Shown: positions 25,625-38,715, counted from the stretch's first letter. The stretch is DNA of 64,000 nucleotides from Octopus sinensis (GCF_006345805.1 NC_043004.1:86924001-86988000); one strand, 5' to 3'. Translations and numbers: made by a program. The notes: generated from the sequence alone by a model not told the origin.

Positions 25625-27860
25625 CTTGCAAGTTACTTGGTGACCTTGTCAGTCCAGGTGCCACTTAAAATGCATCCAGTCTACACTGTAAAGTGGTTAG
25701 CATTTGGAAAACCTTGCCTGAGCTTGTGCCACGTAAAAAACACTAAGTCCACTCTGCTAAGTGGTTGGTGTTAGGAAGGGCATCTAGCTGTAAAAATCTT
25801 ACCAAAACAGTCATTGAAGTCTGGTGCAGGCATCTGCCTGGCCAGCTCCTGTCAAACCGTCCCACCCATGCCAGCATGGAAGGCAGACATTAAACTATGA
25901 TGATAATGATGATGATGATATATAGATACATACATACTGTCAAATCTGCACCTGCTACCTCCCCTGAATTGTGGATGCAGTCTCTTCTCTCCATCATTCA
26001 TGCAGCTCATATAATGATAGATAGTAGAAGTTTACAATCATCATCTTCTTCCAACGATCCACAAGGCCTCTATATAAATGAAAATGTATCAGATCTGTTT
26101 GTACACAATACACTCAACCTTCAGCCTTTCTGTATTGCCAGTCATCACTCACTCTCTCCTGGGTCACTTCTTATTGCCATCCACCACTTACTTTTACTAT
26201 TGTTCACCTCATCATCCTCTCCCCTCTTATTCCAATGAGTTCAGCAAGGAGTTTAGCATGCAGACATGCAAGCAAAACCTGGAATAGCAAGGCATCAAAG
26301 TAAATTTAGCAAAGATTTAAGTTTTAGTAAGTTGGAAAGAAAGCAGGACCTTGCTGTTATGAGGGAACTGGGCATGCTCAATATATTTTTCTTTTTTATC
26401 TTTTTATACTGGTTTCAGTCACTAGACTGCTGCCATCCTGGAGCACTGTCTTGAAAGAAATGGACCCCTGTACATATTTTTATGTCTGGTACTTATTCTA
26501 CCAGTCTCTTTTGCTGAACTGTTAAGTTACAGAAATGTCTGGCTGTGTGGTAAGAAGCATGCTTCCCAACTACATGGTTCAGGGTTCAGTCCCACTGTGT
26601 GACACCTTGGGCAAGTGTCTTCTACTATAGCCTCAGGCCCACCAAAGCCTTGCAGATGGATTTGGTAGATGGAAACTGAAAGAAGTTCATTGTATATATG
26701 TATTATCATCATTATCATCATTTAGCATCTGCTTTCCATGCTGGCATGGGTTAGACAGTCTGACTGGAATTGGTAAGCTGGAGAGCTGTACCAGGTTTGT
26801 CTGATTTGACATAGTTTGTATGGCTGAATGCCCTTCCTAACACCAATCATCTTAAGAGTGTAACGCGTGCCTTTTATGTGTCACCAGCACCAGCTATGAC
26901 TATGATTTCACTTGGTTTAACAAGTCTTTTCAAGCATAGCAAATCACCAAAGGTCTCGATCACTTGTCATCGTCTCCGCCCAACATTCAAAGATCATGCT
27001 TCACCACCTCATCCCAGGTCTTCCTGGGTCTCTGTATTTTTGCTTGTTCCCCCATCACTGCTTGACAACCGGTGTTGGTGTGTTTATGTCCCAGTACCTT
27101 AGTGGTTCAGCAAAAGAGACCAATAGAGTAAGTATTAAAAAAAGTACTGGTATCGATATATTTGACGAAAATTTCAAGGCAGTGCCCCAACATGGCTACA
27201 GTCAAATAACTGAAACAAATAAAAGATAAAATCCAACAACAGCTATAAAGTGGGGCAAACACAGACACAAATTCACACAGAAGGCATTGGCTGACCCAGG
27301 GCTATAGTAGAAGATACTTGCTCGAGTTGTCATGGAATATGGAATAAACCCCAAGTCATATGGTCACAGAGTGCGCTTCTTAACCACACAGTGATGCCTG
27401 TGCCTAGAGAAAGGATAGAGGTTCTGTATGGTGTATTTAGCAGATTCACAGGCTGCCAGAAAAGGTTTGACTTTCTATGTGGTAGGTACACCAGAGTAAT
27501 TAGCAGTAAAAGTGCATGCAAAATAAATTCCTTCAAATATTTAGAAAGGCTCTCTAGAAGTAATTGAAAGCTTTTGTTATAACTAATCCACTGCTATTTA
27601 GGTGACCCAATTAGCAGTAGGAATGGGTGTACAGATAGCATAGTAACCTAAGTAAGAACATGGTGGGAAAAGTTCAAAGAGTTATTATATCTACTAGCAA
27701 CAAAAGATACAAGCATCATATAATCTATCTTTTACTTCAGAGTGGAGGAAAGATTGTATGAGGTTTATGTATGAGGTGCGATGCTGTATGGTTGCAAGAT
27801 ATGAGCTTAGACTGATAAAAATTTGTGATGATTGGAAAAAAAAAAAGTGAGCATCTTATA

Positions 27861-28250
27861 GGCGCAGGAGTGGCTGTGTGGTAAGTAGCTTGCTAACCAG
27901 CCACATGGTTCCGGGTTCAGTCCCACTGCGTGGCATCTTGGGCAAGTGTCTTCTGCTATAGCCCCGGGCTGACCAATGCCTTGTGAGTGGATTTGGTAGA
28001 CGGAAACTGAAAGAAGCCTGTCGTATATATGTATATATATGTATATATATGTGTGTGTCTGTGTTTGTCTATATATGGTGGTGTGTTTACGTCCCCGTCA
28101 CTTAGCGGTTCGGCAAAAGAGACCGATAGAATAAGTACTGGGCTTACAAAGAACAAGTCCCGGGGTCGATTTGCTCGACTAAAGGCGGTGCCCCAGCATG
28201 GCCGCAGTCAAATGACTGAAACAAGTAAAAGAGAAAAGAGTAAAAAGAGT
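27861..28250 (+). mobile_element. SINE family A, young full-length copy
   Basis: CpGs retained; (gtaaaaga)n-like tail; flanks gagcatcttata and gagtatcttatg look like a TSD; sits inside an older RTE relic. Confidence 0.9.
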
Positions 28251-28957
28251 ATCTTATGGTCTGTTTGTGTGTGTATTCTTTTCTACTCTAGGCACAAAAC
28301 CTGAAATTTTTGGGGAGGGGTGGGGGCAGTTGATTAGATCGACTCCAGTATGCAACTGGTACTTAATTTATCAACCCCGAAAAGATGAAAAGCAAAGTTG
28401 ACCTCGGCAGAATTTGAACTCAGAAGTGAGCATGAATGGCAGAGCACAAATGAGGTGAGGGAATAGTTCGATAAATAAGGAATTGGATGTAGTGCATCTT
28501 CAAGATGCTTCTGTTTCACTTTCATCAGTGTGTCTAAGGATGAAACAGTATTTATATGCGTATAATAGGAACAGGCATGGCTGAGTGCTTAAGAAGTTTG
28601 TTTCCTGACCATGTGATTCCAGGTTCATTCCTACTGCATAGCACCTTGTTTTCCTTTCGGTTGGATCCAGGTCTCTCCAGTCTTCCTGCAGACAACCTCT
28701 CTCATGCTGGTGGCATAATAAAATTTATTCAGTCCATGCAGTAAATTAGTTTGGTGATAGGGAAAGTATCTAGCAGAAAAACAAAAATCCTGAAAAAGAT
28801 ACCCTAACCCTAACAACATATGCCAGGCATGGCTGTGTAGTAATAAGTTTGCTTCCCAACCACATGGCACCTTGGGCAAGTGTCTTCTACTATAGCCTCA
28901 GGCTGACCAAAGCCTTGTGAGTGGATTTGGTCCACGGAAACTGAAAGAAGCCAGTTG

Positions 28958-29018
<61 letters not shown>

Positions 29019-29500
29019 TATATACATATATACATACATTTATGTGTGTATGTCTTTGTGTCTATGTTTGTTTCCTGCCACTGCTTGATAACCAGTGTCG
29101 GTGTGTTTACATCCCCATAACAGTGGTTCAGCAAAAGAGACCAACAGACTATGTATCTGGCTTTAAAAAAAAATAGCTCTGGTGTCAGTTCATTCAACTA
29201 AAAATTCTTCATGGTGGTGTCCCAACAGGCTTAATGGCAAAAACGAGTAAAAGATTAACGATAAGGAAGTTGGCCAGTTTTTTTCTGTTGCTATATGTAC
29301 AAGATGACAAGGACCAATGATGAATAAGCAAGATGCAGTAAGATTCATTCAAACTATGCCATCATGGGAAGTTGGATGTAAACTGATAAACTGATGTTGA
29401 TGCTAATGATGAAGAGGATGATTTAAGAGACATCCAATTAAGTCACTCATGTGGTCCTTTTTCTTTAAAAACTTACTTGTTTCATTACTCTTTTTTATAT

Positions 29501-29645
29501 TTAACCCTTTGAGCCTTTAGCACCAGTTTATCAGTGGATGGCTTATTTTTTCTCTATACCATAGCACTGCTCTACTGGTGGAGTGCATCTGGAAACCAGA
29601 TATATGGTCAAATAAGGTTCAGGAGGTCAGGGTTCAAAGGGTTAA
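29501..29645. mobile_element. Short piggyBac-type MITE
   Basis: TTAA|ccctttgagcc ... ggttcaaaggg|TTAA. Confidence 0.75.
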
Positions 29646-29849
29646 GTGTCACAGACCTAGAATGAAACAAATGAAACCATGAGGTAGCAGAAAATGAAAA
29701 CAAAATTACGGGGTGGGGGGTGGGGGATGAGAAATGCAAGAGAGGAAACATTTTTCATAGTGACATTAAAACTGAAATAATTAGAGCGTGTCAAATGATT
29801 CTGATATTTGACAATTTTCCTATTTGCCTATTTTGTTCTATGACATGCA

Positions 29850-29988
29850 ACAGGAGCTAAACAAATACAATGTCACCACTTTAAAAAAAAAATGCAAATT
29901 TGTGAATGAATGAGTTGTGTAACAGGAGCTAAATAAATACAATGTCACCACTTAATAAAAGAAAAATGCAATTTGTGAATGAATGAGT
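29850..29988. repeat. Two-copy tandem repeat, unit about 71 bp
   Basis: aacaggagctaaa(c/t)aaatacaatgtcaccactt...tttgtgaatgaatgagt occurs twice. Confidence 0.9.
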
Positions 29989-32987
29989 AATTTACACTTG
30001 AATCTATGCAATAATTTATTATTTCAACATCATTCTTTGTGTTTTCAAATTCAAAACAAACAAATGAACAATAAATGATGTAAACACACAAACACAAATT
30101 AACATTTACAGTTTAAAATTAAGTGTGGCATTCAAATTCATCATCATCATCATCATCATTTAATGTCTGCTTTCCATGCTAGCATGGGTTGGACGATTTA
30201 ACTGAGGACCGGCAAACCAGATGGCTGCACAAGGCTCCAATCTTGATCTGGCAGAGTTCCTACAGCTGGATGCCCTTCCTAATGCCAACCACTCTGAGAG
30301 TGTAGTGGGTGCTTTTACATGCCACTGGCACGAGAGCCAGTCAGGTGGGATAGGCAATGGCCACGCTCAAATGGTGTTTTTTACGTGCCACCTGCACAGG
30401 AGCCAGTCCAGTGGCACTGGCAGAATGGAAAAAAGAGCCAAAAGAAAGCAGAAGCTATTTAAACAGATCATTAATCCATATCAACAAAAATTAAAATTTA
30501 GAAGGAAAAAAAAAATTCTTTCTACTATAGGCACAAGGCCTAAAATTTTGGTGGTAGAGGGCTAGTCAATTACTTTAAGCCCAGTGCTCAAATGTTACTT
30601 GTTTTAACAAATCAAATGGAAAAAAGGCAAAGTCAACCTCACTGGAATTTGAACATAAAGATAGATAAAATGCCTTTTGCCCAGCAAGCTAACGATTCAA
30701 CCAGCTCGCAGCCTTTCAAAATAATGAAAAGAAAATTGTTTTGATTTTCTTTTCCTATCTAACACTGTTTTTAAAAAGCCTGATATTATTTTACTGGTGT
30801 CAGTCACTGGACCGTGGCAATGTTGAGTCAGTACCTTCAACCCCATTGCTTGTTTCAATACGATACTTATTTAAAAAAATTTCTATGTGGTAAACCAATA
30901 AGTTATTTAGTATAAGGGACACAGCATAAGCAACAACACATACAGAGATATGTATGAATATATCTAATCTCAAACAACTATTCATTTGACCCATGCTAGC
31001 ATGAAAAAGAAACATTAAATGAATGAATGAACACACGTGTGTGTGTGTGTGTGTGTGTGTACATATACCAACATTGTCATAAACATCAACATCTTTTTAA
31101 TGCAGATTTTATAATCTTGAATACTTTTCCTGTCACCTGTTTCCAAGCAAGGTAATATTTCTCCATGGTGAGACATGTTTTCATAGATGATTTGAAATGA
31201 AGGACAGTGCTTGTATGACAGTGATCCTTACTTTACAACCACAGTGTGGTGTCCAAGAAAAGGACACAAACACACACACACACACATACACATGGGATCC
31301 AGGGAAGTTATCTAAATTCCATTCACAAGGTACTGATCAAGTTGAGGCTGTAGTAGAAGACACTCGGTCAAAGCAACATGCAATGCAACTGATTCTGGAA
31401 CAAAATGGGTGTCAAGCCAACTTCTTAACTACATAGTAATGATATCAACTTGAAATTACTCAAGTGAAATAATTTAGGTCCACAATTAGAAATTATTCAA
31501 CAAACGACCTATCTCTACTATGGCAACAATAATATCCCATTAGGCTTGAGAAGATAAATCCTTCTGAAAACAAATGTTGTTTCTTTTTTTCTGAATTGTT
31601 TTGTTATCATTCTGAACTGTTGTGTCATCAACTAACCAAAATGAGTAACTAGCTAGCTAGCAAGCTACTTTACCAGTACACTAACTAATTAACTTTTCCT
31701 CTATTGTCCAACCATATGTAATGAAATATTTTTATAATATATATCTATATACTCACTCCTTGCACCAACTAATTCTTCTTTATCTACTGCTTCTATTTAA
31801 ACTAATATCAACATCAACACCTTTTTCTTTTATACAGATATAGTATCTTCAACTTACTAAATAATACAGCAAAATGCGACAAGACGCTCTTCTAAAGGTA
31901 GTGTCCATTATAAACTTATTCAGAAGTTTACTTTATTATTTTAAATGCTTTCTTCGAGTCTTAAAATTAACCTCATATCTTATACATTTGCTATAATTTT
32001 ATATTACATTCTCTTCTTTGTAATCAATCTATTTTAGTTGTCTTCTTCAAACAGAAAAAAAAAAACTCTAAACGGCAAAAATGAAAAAAAACATTCATAA
32101 TCAGTTGTTTTGTACATTATGAAATTTCATCAATACACGGTACTGAGTTTACAACAAATTTTATTACAGTCAGGTCAACACCCTCTACAACATTTTTTCT
32201 GCTCCCTTTTCTTTACATTGCTTACATCTTTATTTATTTCAACATTTTACTTGAAATGTTGTTCAACAAAAAAAGAGTTTCTTCCTGTTACAGAACAGCT
32301 TTGTCTTATAAATCAACACTGAATGACAATTCGTTTAAATACTTTCTGCCAAATTCAATGTTTCTGCCCTCTTCTTTTTCCAAGCATCTCTAATCAAGCT
32401 GTTACATAAAATATTCTTTATTTCCTATATCTTTCTCATGCAAGTTCTCTTTTTTTGCTTTACTTTATTCGATCATATCTCTGCTTAAATAATCATTTGA
32501 GGAGCACCATGTCATCATTATCATTATATCAACATCTGGTTTTCTAAGCTGACATGTATATGATATCATCATTCTCTTTACATATATCTGTGTGAGAGTG
32601 TGTAAGCATATTTCTTTTGTTTTGTTAATTTTTTCTACAGCTGTTTTCCATGCTAACATGGATTAGGTGAATATATCATTGAGGCATTGTTTGAAAAACC
32701 AGATGGCCTACTCGTTGCTAATACTGTTTTAACAAGTAAGGGATCTCTTGTTCTACATGTTTTCAAATGCACAAAGACAGTGAAAGATTGGTTGGCAAGG
32801 AAAACGGCAACAATGAAAACAATTTTCAGTATAAGCACAAATGTAAACACACATGCACATGCAGGCATGCATGTGTCAATACATGCACACACATTCATGC
32901 ATGTGTATATACATGCACACACATGCATGTATGTGCACAGACATGCATGTGCACATACATGCACACAGCAGGCTTTTTTCAGTTTCT

Positions 32988-33204
32988 TATTTCTTTATTG
33001 CCCACAAGGGGTTAAACACAGAGGGAACAAACAAGGACAGACAAAGGGATTAAGTCGATTACATCAACCCCAGTGCGTAACTGGTACTTATTTAATCGAC
33101 CCCAAAAGGATGAAAGTCTAAGTTGACCTCGGCAGAAGTTGAACTCAGAATGTAGCGGCAGGCGAAATACCGTTAAGAATTACCGTTTCTGCCAGCTCGC
33201 CACC
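32988..33204 (-). mobile_element. SINE family B
   Basis: Reverse complement gives head ggtggcgagctggcagaaacg and tail tgtttaaccccttgtgggcaataaagaaat. Confidence 0.85.
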
Positions 33205-34589
33205 TATCAGTTTTTTTTTCAGTTTCTGTTCATCAAATCTACTTACAAGTCTTTGATCAGCCTGAGACTATAGTTGAAAACACTTTCCCAAACTACCTTG
33301 CAGAGGGACTGAATTTAAAACAGGGGTTGTGAAGTGAACTTCCGACCCCCACATGCATACATACAGTGGATTTCTTTCAGTTTTCCTCAACCAAATCTAC
33401 TCAAAAGGCTTTGGCTAGCCTGGGGCTATTAGCAGAAGACTCTCGCCTAAGTTGTCACATGATTGAAAAGCAAGCTTTTTAATCACACAACCATGCCTGC
33501 ACATATGTATATGTGAGTGTGTGTGTATGTGTGTGTGTATGTGTGTGGTGCCAAGAAAAGGATACACACACACAAACACATGGGATCCAGGAAAGTTATC
33601 TAAATTCCATTCACAAGGTATTGGTCAAGCTGAGGCTGTATTAGAAGACACTCAGTCAAAGTACTGTGCAATGCAACTGATTCTGGAACAAAATGGGTGT
33701 CAAGCCAACTTCTTAACTACTTTTGTGTGTGTAAAAGATCCAAGGATCAAGGTGTAGGAAGATAGTTGGCTTTGAGCAGTCTGTAGATGGCATAAAAAAA
33801 ACACTTTCAGAAACAATAGTGGTTTATTGATGTAGAAGGTTGTAAATTTTTCCCGTATCAACATTCAATAAGCTGAAAAAATTGTTTTATAGCTTATGGT
33901 TAGCAGCAGGAGTTGCTGTATATGTGGGTAAAAGTCCAAAATTAGGAAAAGAAGTAGATAAAATCCAGGCTACATATGTTTCATAGCAAGCAGAATTTCA
34001 CAGAACCCTGTATATATCATCAATGTATTATATATCCCCAAAAGAAGCACACTCTAAAGCAGGGAAACCCCCACCCGTGAGCCTGTTTTATTGTGCCCAC
34101 AGGCTGATATAATCATATGTACAAAATATAGTAAATTTCTCAATCAAAATTTATACAATATTTGTATACCCGTTTGCAACATAGGTCGCATTTCCACTAT
34201 GGTCAGAAATCGTCTGGTAATTGCCATTTGAGTGGAAATTAAGTTTTCACTATAAAACACATATTGCTAGGTTTATACCATCCCCTTGAGACCCAACTAC
34301 ACTTTAGCTGAAAAAAATAGAATACCTCATAAGTAAATTCAGTGGTGGTGTTAATGAAGATGTTACGGATTAATTTAATGTGTTAAACTTATCTTTATTA
34401 ATGTATATCAAATTATACATACATACATATATATATATATATAATATATATATATATACAAGATTTACACAGATATAAGAGTTAGAACCTGTGATCCGTC
34501 CGTGGACCTTTTCTTAGAAAATTTTTGCTCGCCACTCTACAAAGCTTGCCTACTCTTGCTCTAAAGTATAGAGCAGTAATGTATTTGTA

Positions 34590-35814
34590 TGTCTGGTCAC
34601 AGAGTGACCAATGGTTTTGCATCCACAAAGGGTATAGCCCCATGAATGGCTCGTCACACTTTAAAGCTGAAGACAAATGTAACTCTACATCTGTGGGAGG
34701 CAGGAATCCATTACAGTTAGTTGGTTAGAAAGTCACCAAAGAATGAACACTCCAGGTCAGTAAGGACAGGTTATCTCCCTTAGATCAAGGCCAAAAGAGG
34801 GGGAACAGGGAATTTTGCCCTTGAGCTTAGTACGTAAGGACCTTTCCGGGTCCAATTGGAGAATAGAAAATTCCATGTTTGCAGCATGTAGCATTTGAGT
34901 TGGATGCAGTGACTGTAAATTTCCTGGCGAGCATTCAGTGATCCAGGTTTCAAGGAATCTTTGAGGATCCTTGTTTGTTCAGCTATACAAAGCTGGCAGC
35001 GTCCATTCCTGTTAATGTAGGGTCCCAGAGATTCTAAGATCCTTCAGTTGATATCGCATGGGGTCCCTTCATCTTTGAGCACCACACATGGCTGGCCAGG
35101 GATGTGACAAATTGTCTTTCCAGAATCCTGAAAGAGGACCTGTGGTCGTACAGGCACCACTTGAAGGCCGTCCAGACTGACCCAACATATTTCCAGGCTT
35201 GGTTGTTGGTTGTGCTCACATTTGTGGGGCATCTTCAGTCAGCTCTGGGCCAGGAGATGTTGTTGCTGGAGCTACCATCAGTGCTATTATCATTACGAGG
35301 CATGGGTCTGGCAATATCGCTATGGCTGTTGTCATTGTGGTGGTCATCCCTGGCCATGACATTGGTACTACTGTCGCCAATAGCGATGTAGGTGCTGTCA
35401 TTGATAATACTGGGAGTGGAGCCAGTAGCCTCGCTTGTGCTGCTGGTGATGTCATGGTCATTATCTACAGCCATAGTGCTGGTGCTACGGCCCATGCAGC
35501 CATTTCAAATACTACGCACTGCAAGTATGGGATTCCTCATTCTCTGATTTGACCTAGAAAGGTCCTTATAAACTAAATACAACCCAAGGGCAAATTTCCC
35601 TGTTCCCCCTCTTTTGGCCCAGATGTACTGGTCTAGGGGAGTTAATCTGTCCTTGTAAACCTGGAGTGTTTAATCTTTGGTAGTTACTAACCAAATGACT
35701 GTAATGGATTCCTGCCTCCCACTGATGAAGAGTTATATTTGTCTTCAGCTTTAGAGTCTGACAAGCCATCCGTGGGGCTAAGTCCTTTGTGTCTGGTCAC
35801 TCTATGACCAGACA
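34590..35814. mobile_element. Unclassified 1.2-kb element with ~270-bp diverged terminal inverted repeats
   Basis: 34590-~34856 is the imperfect reverse complement of ~35545-35814; termini TGTCTGGTCA...TGACCAGACA, flanked by TA on both sides; no recognisable transposase inside. Confidence 0.75.
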
Positions 35815-35906
35815 TAGACTTAACTACATGTAAATGGGGTGACCAAACCCAGTGAGTGAACTTGGTAGATTGAAACTGAAAACAGTCCATCATATATGTA
35901 TATATA

Positions 35907-36650
35907 TATATATAAAAAACTTACTGGGAGAACAGAAAGGAATTCGTTTCCTTTCTGTTCTCCCTGTAAGTTTTTTATATATAATTATGACGTGATACTC
36001 TGTAACCCTTTGCTTGACTTTCCCTTCCTTCTTGTCTGTCTTCCTCTCTTCTGTTTCTCTCCTTCTTATTTTTCACCCTATCTGGTTTCCTTTCCTCTCT
36101 ATCTCTCTCTCTCTCTCTCACTCCTCCTCATCTCTCTCACAGCCGGGTTGACGAACTTCCTATCGCTCGCGGCCTCCTACTAGTGAACATGTTTTTTCCT
36201 GCGCTCGTGAATTTTTCCTCATCTAGGCTTAAAAGCCCTCATTGTTTGTTTCCCTGTCCTGTTTTTATTCCTTCTTGTACTGGATTTTTTTGTATTTGTA
36301 TTTTAATTTTGTATTTGTTTTTTATTTGTATTTTTATTTGTATTATTTTTACGTCCTGTTTTTGTCACATTATTTTCTTTTCTTGTTTTTATCCCTCTGC
36401 AAAGGAATTTTATTTAATTCTTTTGCAGGAAGGGCTAGTTCGACCAGTCGTGTTCTGTCCTCACCTTCGAAACACGCATGGAGTCGAACTAGGGACAGCT
36501 GATGAAGGGGAATTTTCCTTGTGTAGTTTGTCTTGTACTCTGTTTTTCTGTTGTAAAAAATGGTTTGTTTCATGCTTGTTTTTCCGTTTTCGTTTCTCGT
36601 TGAGTTCTACGTCTATTTGTGGTGTCCTGTACTCACGTATATATATTTAT
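35907..36650 (+). mobile_element. Putative Penelope-like non-autonomous insertion in (TA)n, with a 5' palindrome and a rearranged hammerhead
   Basis: Bounded by (TA)n tracts; CpG-retaining; hairpin with 36-bp arms at 35907-35983; hammerhead core motifs at 36449-36511. The Penelope assignment is inferred from the hammerhead and context only. Confidence 0.5.
36435..36511 (+). ncRNA. Candidate hammerhead ribozyme with non-circularly permuted strand order
   Basis: CGUG-U-U-CUGUCC (36449-60), then CCUUC-GAAA-CACG (36464-76), then GGACAG-CUGAUGA-AGGGG (36493-36510). Stem I has 6 perfect bp; stem III has 4 bp plus a 10-bp extension; stem II is weak. Confidence 0.6.
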
Positions 36651-36720
36651 ATATGCATGTATATATACATGTAGATGTAGGTACGTACATATATGTATGT
36701 ATGCATATATTTTATTTATC

Positions 36721-36761
<41 letters not shown>

Positions 36762-37239
36762 TATATATGCATGCATGTATGTATGTATATGTGTGTGTGA
36801 GTGTAAGTGTATGTATGCATTTGTCTCCTTGCCCTGATATTACATGATTGTTGTAAATGAATGTGGAGACATGTCTGATCATAGAGAAATATTACATTGC
36901 TTAGAAAGTAAGAGTTAAAAGAACGATGATAAGACATATACACACGCAATCAATTATGAGTTTCTCCAGTTACTAAATTCCACTGAGAAGGTATTGGGTA
37001 ATCTGAGGCTCAGCTAGGATACGCTTATTGTCTGGGATGCCACAGTGTGAGATCGAACTTGGAATCTCATAGCTATACTGATAACAATTGGTATCTCTGT
37101 TATAGAAAAAAATTTTTTAATACTATTTTGTTCAAACATATTACAAAATCCTTGTTTTTTTATTAGCATTAGATTATATGCAAGATGTTTGGTCTAAATT
37201 AGACAGTTTGTACAAGAAGAAACGAAAACAGAATATCCC

Positions 37240-37960
37240 TTCCAAAAATAAAAGTATCCAAAAAATCAAAAAATATCAACTAGATTATAGCTGAGCTGAG
37301 AGATAATAGCTTGCTCAAAGTAGATGCCCTTAGTGTTTGCCACAGCCTCATGACAGCTCTGGATCCTGATGTATGTGTTCCTCACTGTGTCCATGGGAAA
37401 ATCTTCCCATGATCTTGGCTACCAGCTTGGTCTTAGTGTTGCAGGCAGAACAGTTGCTGTCTTTCTCAACTGAGCCCCCCACACAGAAAAACATGGATTT
37501 ACAATGGGGGGAATTAAGAGGCCAGAAATTTTCCAACAATTTCTTCTGAATCTTTCTGGAGGTATGGTGAGGAGTCAAATCCTGCTGCTACACATGACCT
37601 TCCATCAGCGACCCTCTCCAGCCAAGGACTGACCGGTTTCCAGCAGCTTCACATAGCTATCTGAATTGAGCCTAAGGACCTGTCCAAAGATGTGGGGATG
37701 AATTCTAGCATGTGGATGCAGTTAGAATGCCTGCTGTCTCCCTTGCTGCTGACCATGGCTTCATAGTCTCCATTGCAGTTGTCCATGTGACATCTTACAG
37801 CATTTGTAGGGCATTGAGCAGCAGACATGATGCTGGAATTTTGATACCTGGCACAACTCATCATGATACAGATAACTCTTTTCTAATATTCTAAAATCCT
37901 TTCTATACTCTCCAATGTCTTTCACTTTCACTGACACATCAAAATGTTCCTAAAAGAAGG
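37240..37960 (-). mobile_element. Degenerate Tc1/mariner-superfamily transposase relic, maT (DD37D)-like
   Basis: Minus strand reads GRSCV*QQDLTPHHTSRKIQ...FWPLNSPHCKSMFFCVGGSVEKDSN...NTKTKLVAKI, matching QQD.AP.HT...WPP.SPD.NP.D..VW. Confidence 0.8.
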
Positions 37961-38715
37961 AGAGAATTGTAAATTTAGCCTGAACACCTCCCTCTCTCTT
38001 TCTCTCATATATATATATATTTGTGTGTGTGTGTGTGGTGTGTGTGTGTGCATGTGTACACACACACACACAGAGGCATATATAATATTTTGAAAACATC
38101 AGTAGATCAGATGTGAATAAATAAATTACAAAATATCCACACCATTGTCAGACATCTTATTTTCAATAAACAAAGCTGTAATGGTATCACTGATTCTAAA
38201 CAGATCAGAGAAAAATATTTTGAGTCTAACAGTCTGTGATTGCCTTTCTGGCATTACTCCCATGACTATTTTAAAGACATTTCATATATATATATATAAA
38301 AACAAAAATACTCATTAAATAGTCATACATTATCATTTTTTTAACAACTGATTCTGTGACAAAGCTTTCACTCAAATTTCAGGATATTAAAATGTCTTTC
38401 TAGTTGATCCATAACTATCTAATTTGAATTAACAACTGGTTGTTCAGTGACTTTTACTCCATGACCTACAATGTCAATCATATTAATCGCTATTATTCAG
38501 TAAAATAAATTTTCTTTTATTTTATCTCTCAATGTCCAGTGTGTCTAAGTGCTCTAAAATAATATTTATAATCATCTTCCATACATTATTTTCCATAACA
38601 ACTTTTCTGGTTCACACAATCAGGTCACAGTTCTACATAGCTAATGTTGAGATGTGAGTGTAGAGAGGGAAGTGTTACCTCAGTATGAAAGGACCAGTTC
38701 TGGTCCTTTCATACT

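Noticed and set aside
27861-27935. tRNA-like sequence
   Set aside because: It is a SINE head: A/B boxes without a complete cloverleaf, always followed by the SINE body.
34010-34027. YIDD-like RT motif on the minus strand
   Set aside because: No flanking RT motifs and nearby stops; likely chance in AT-rich DNA.
35722-35728. CTGATGA inside the right TIR
   Set aside because: No matching GAAA or stems, and not conserved in the other TIR.
36183-36674. 163-aa ORF overlapping the hammerhead region
   Set aside because: Phe/Ile/Cys low-complexity product of T-rich DNA, starting at GTG, with no domain motif.
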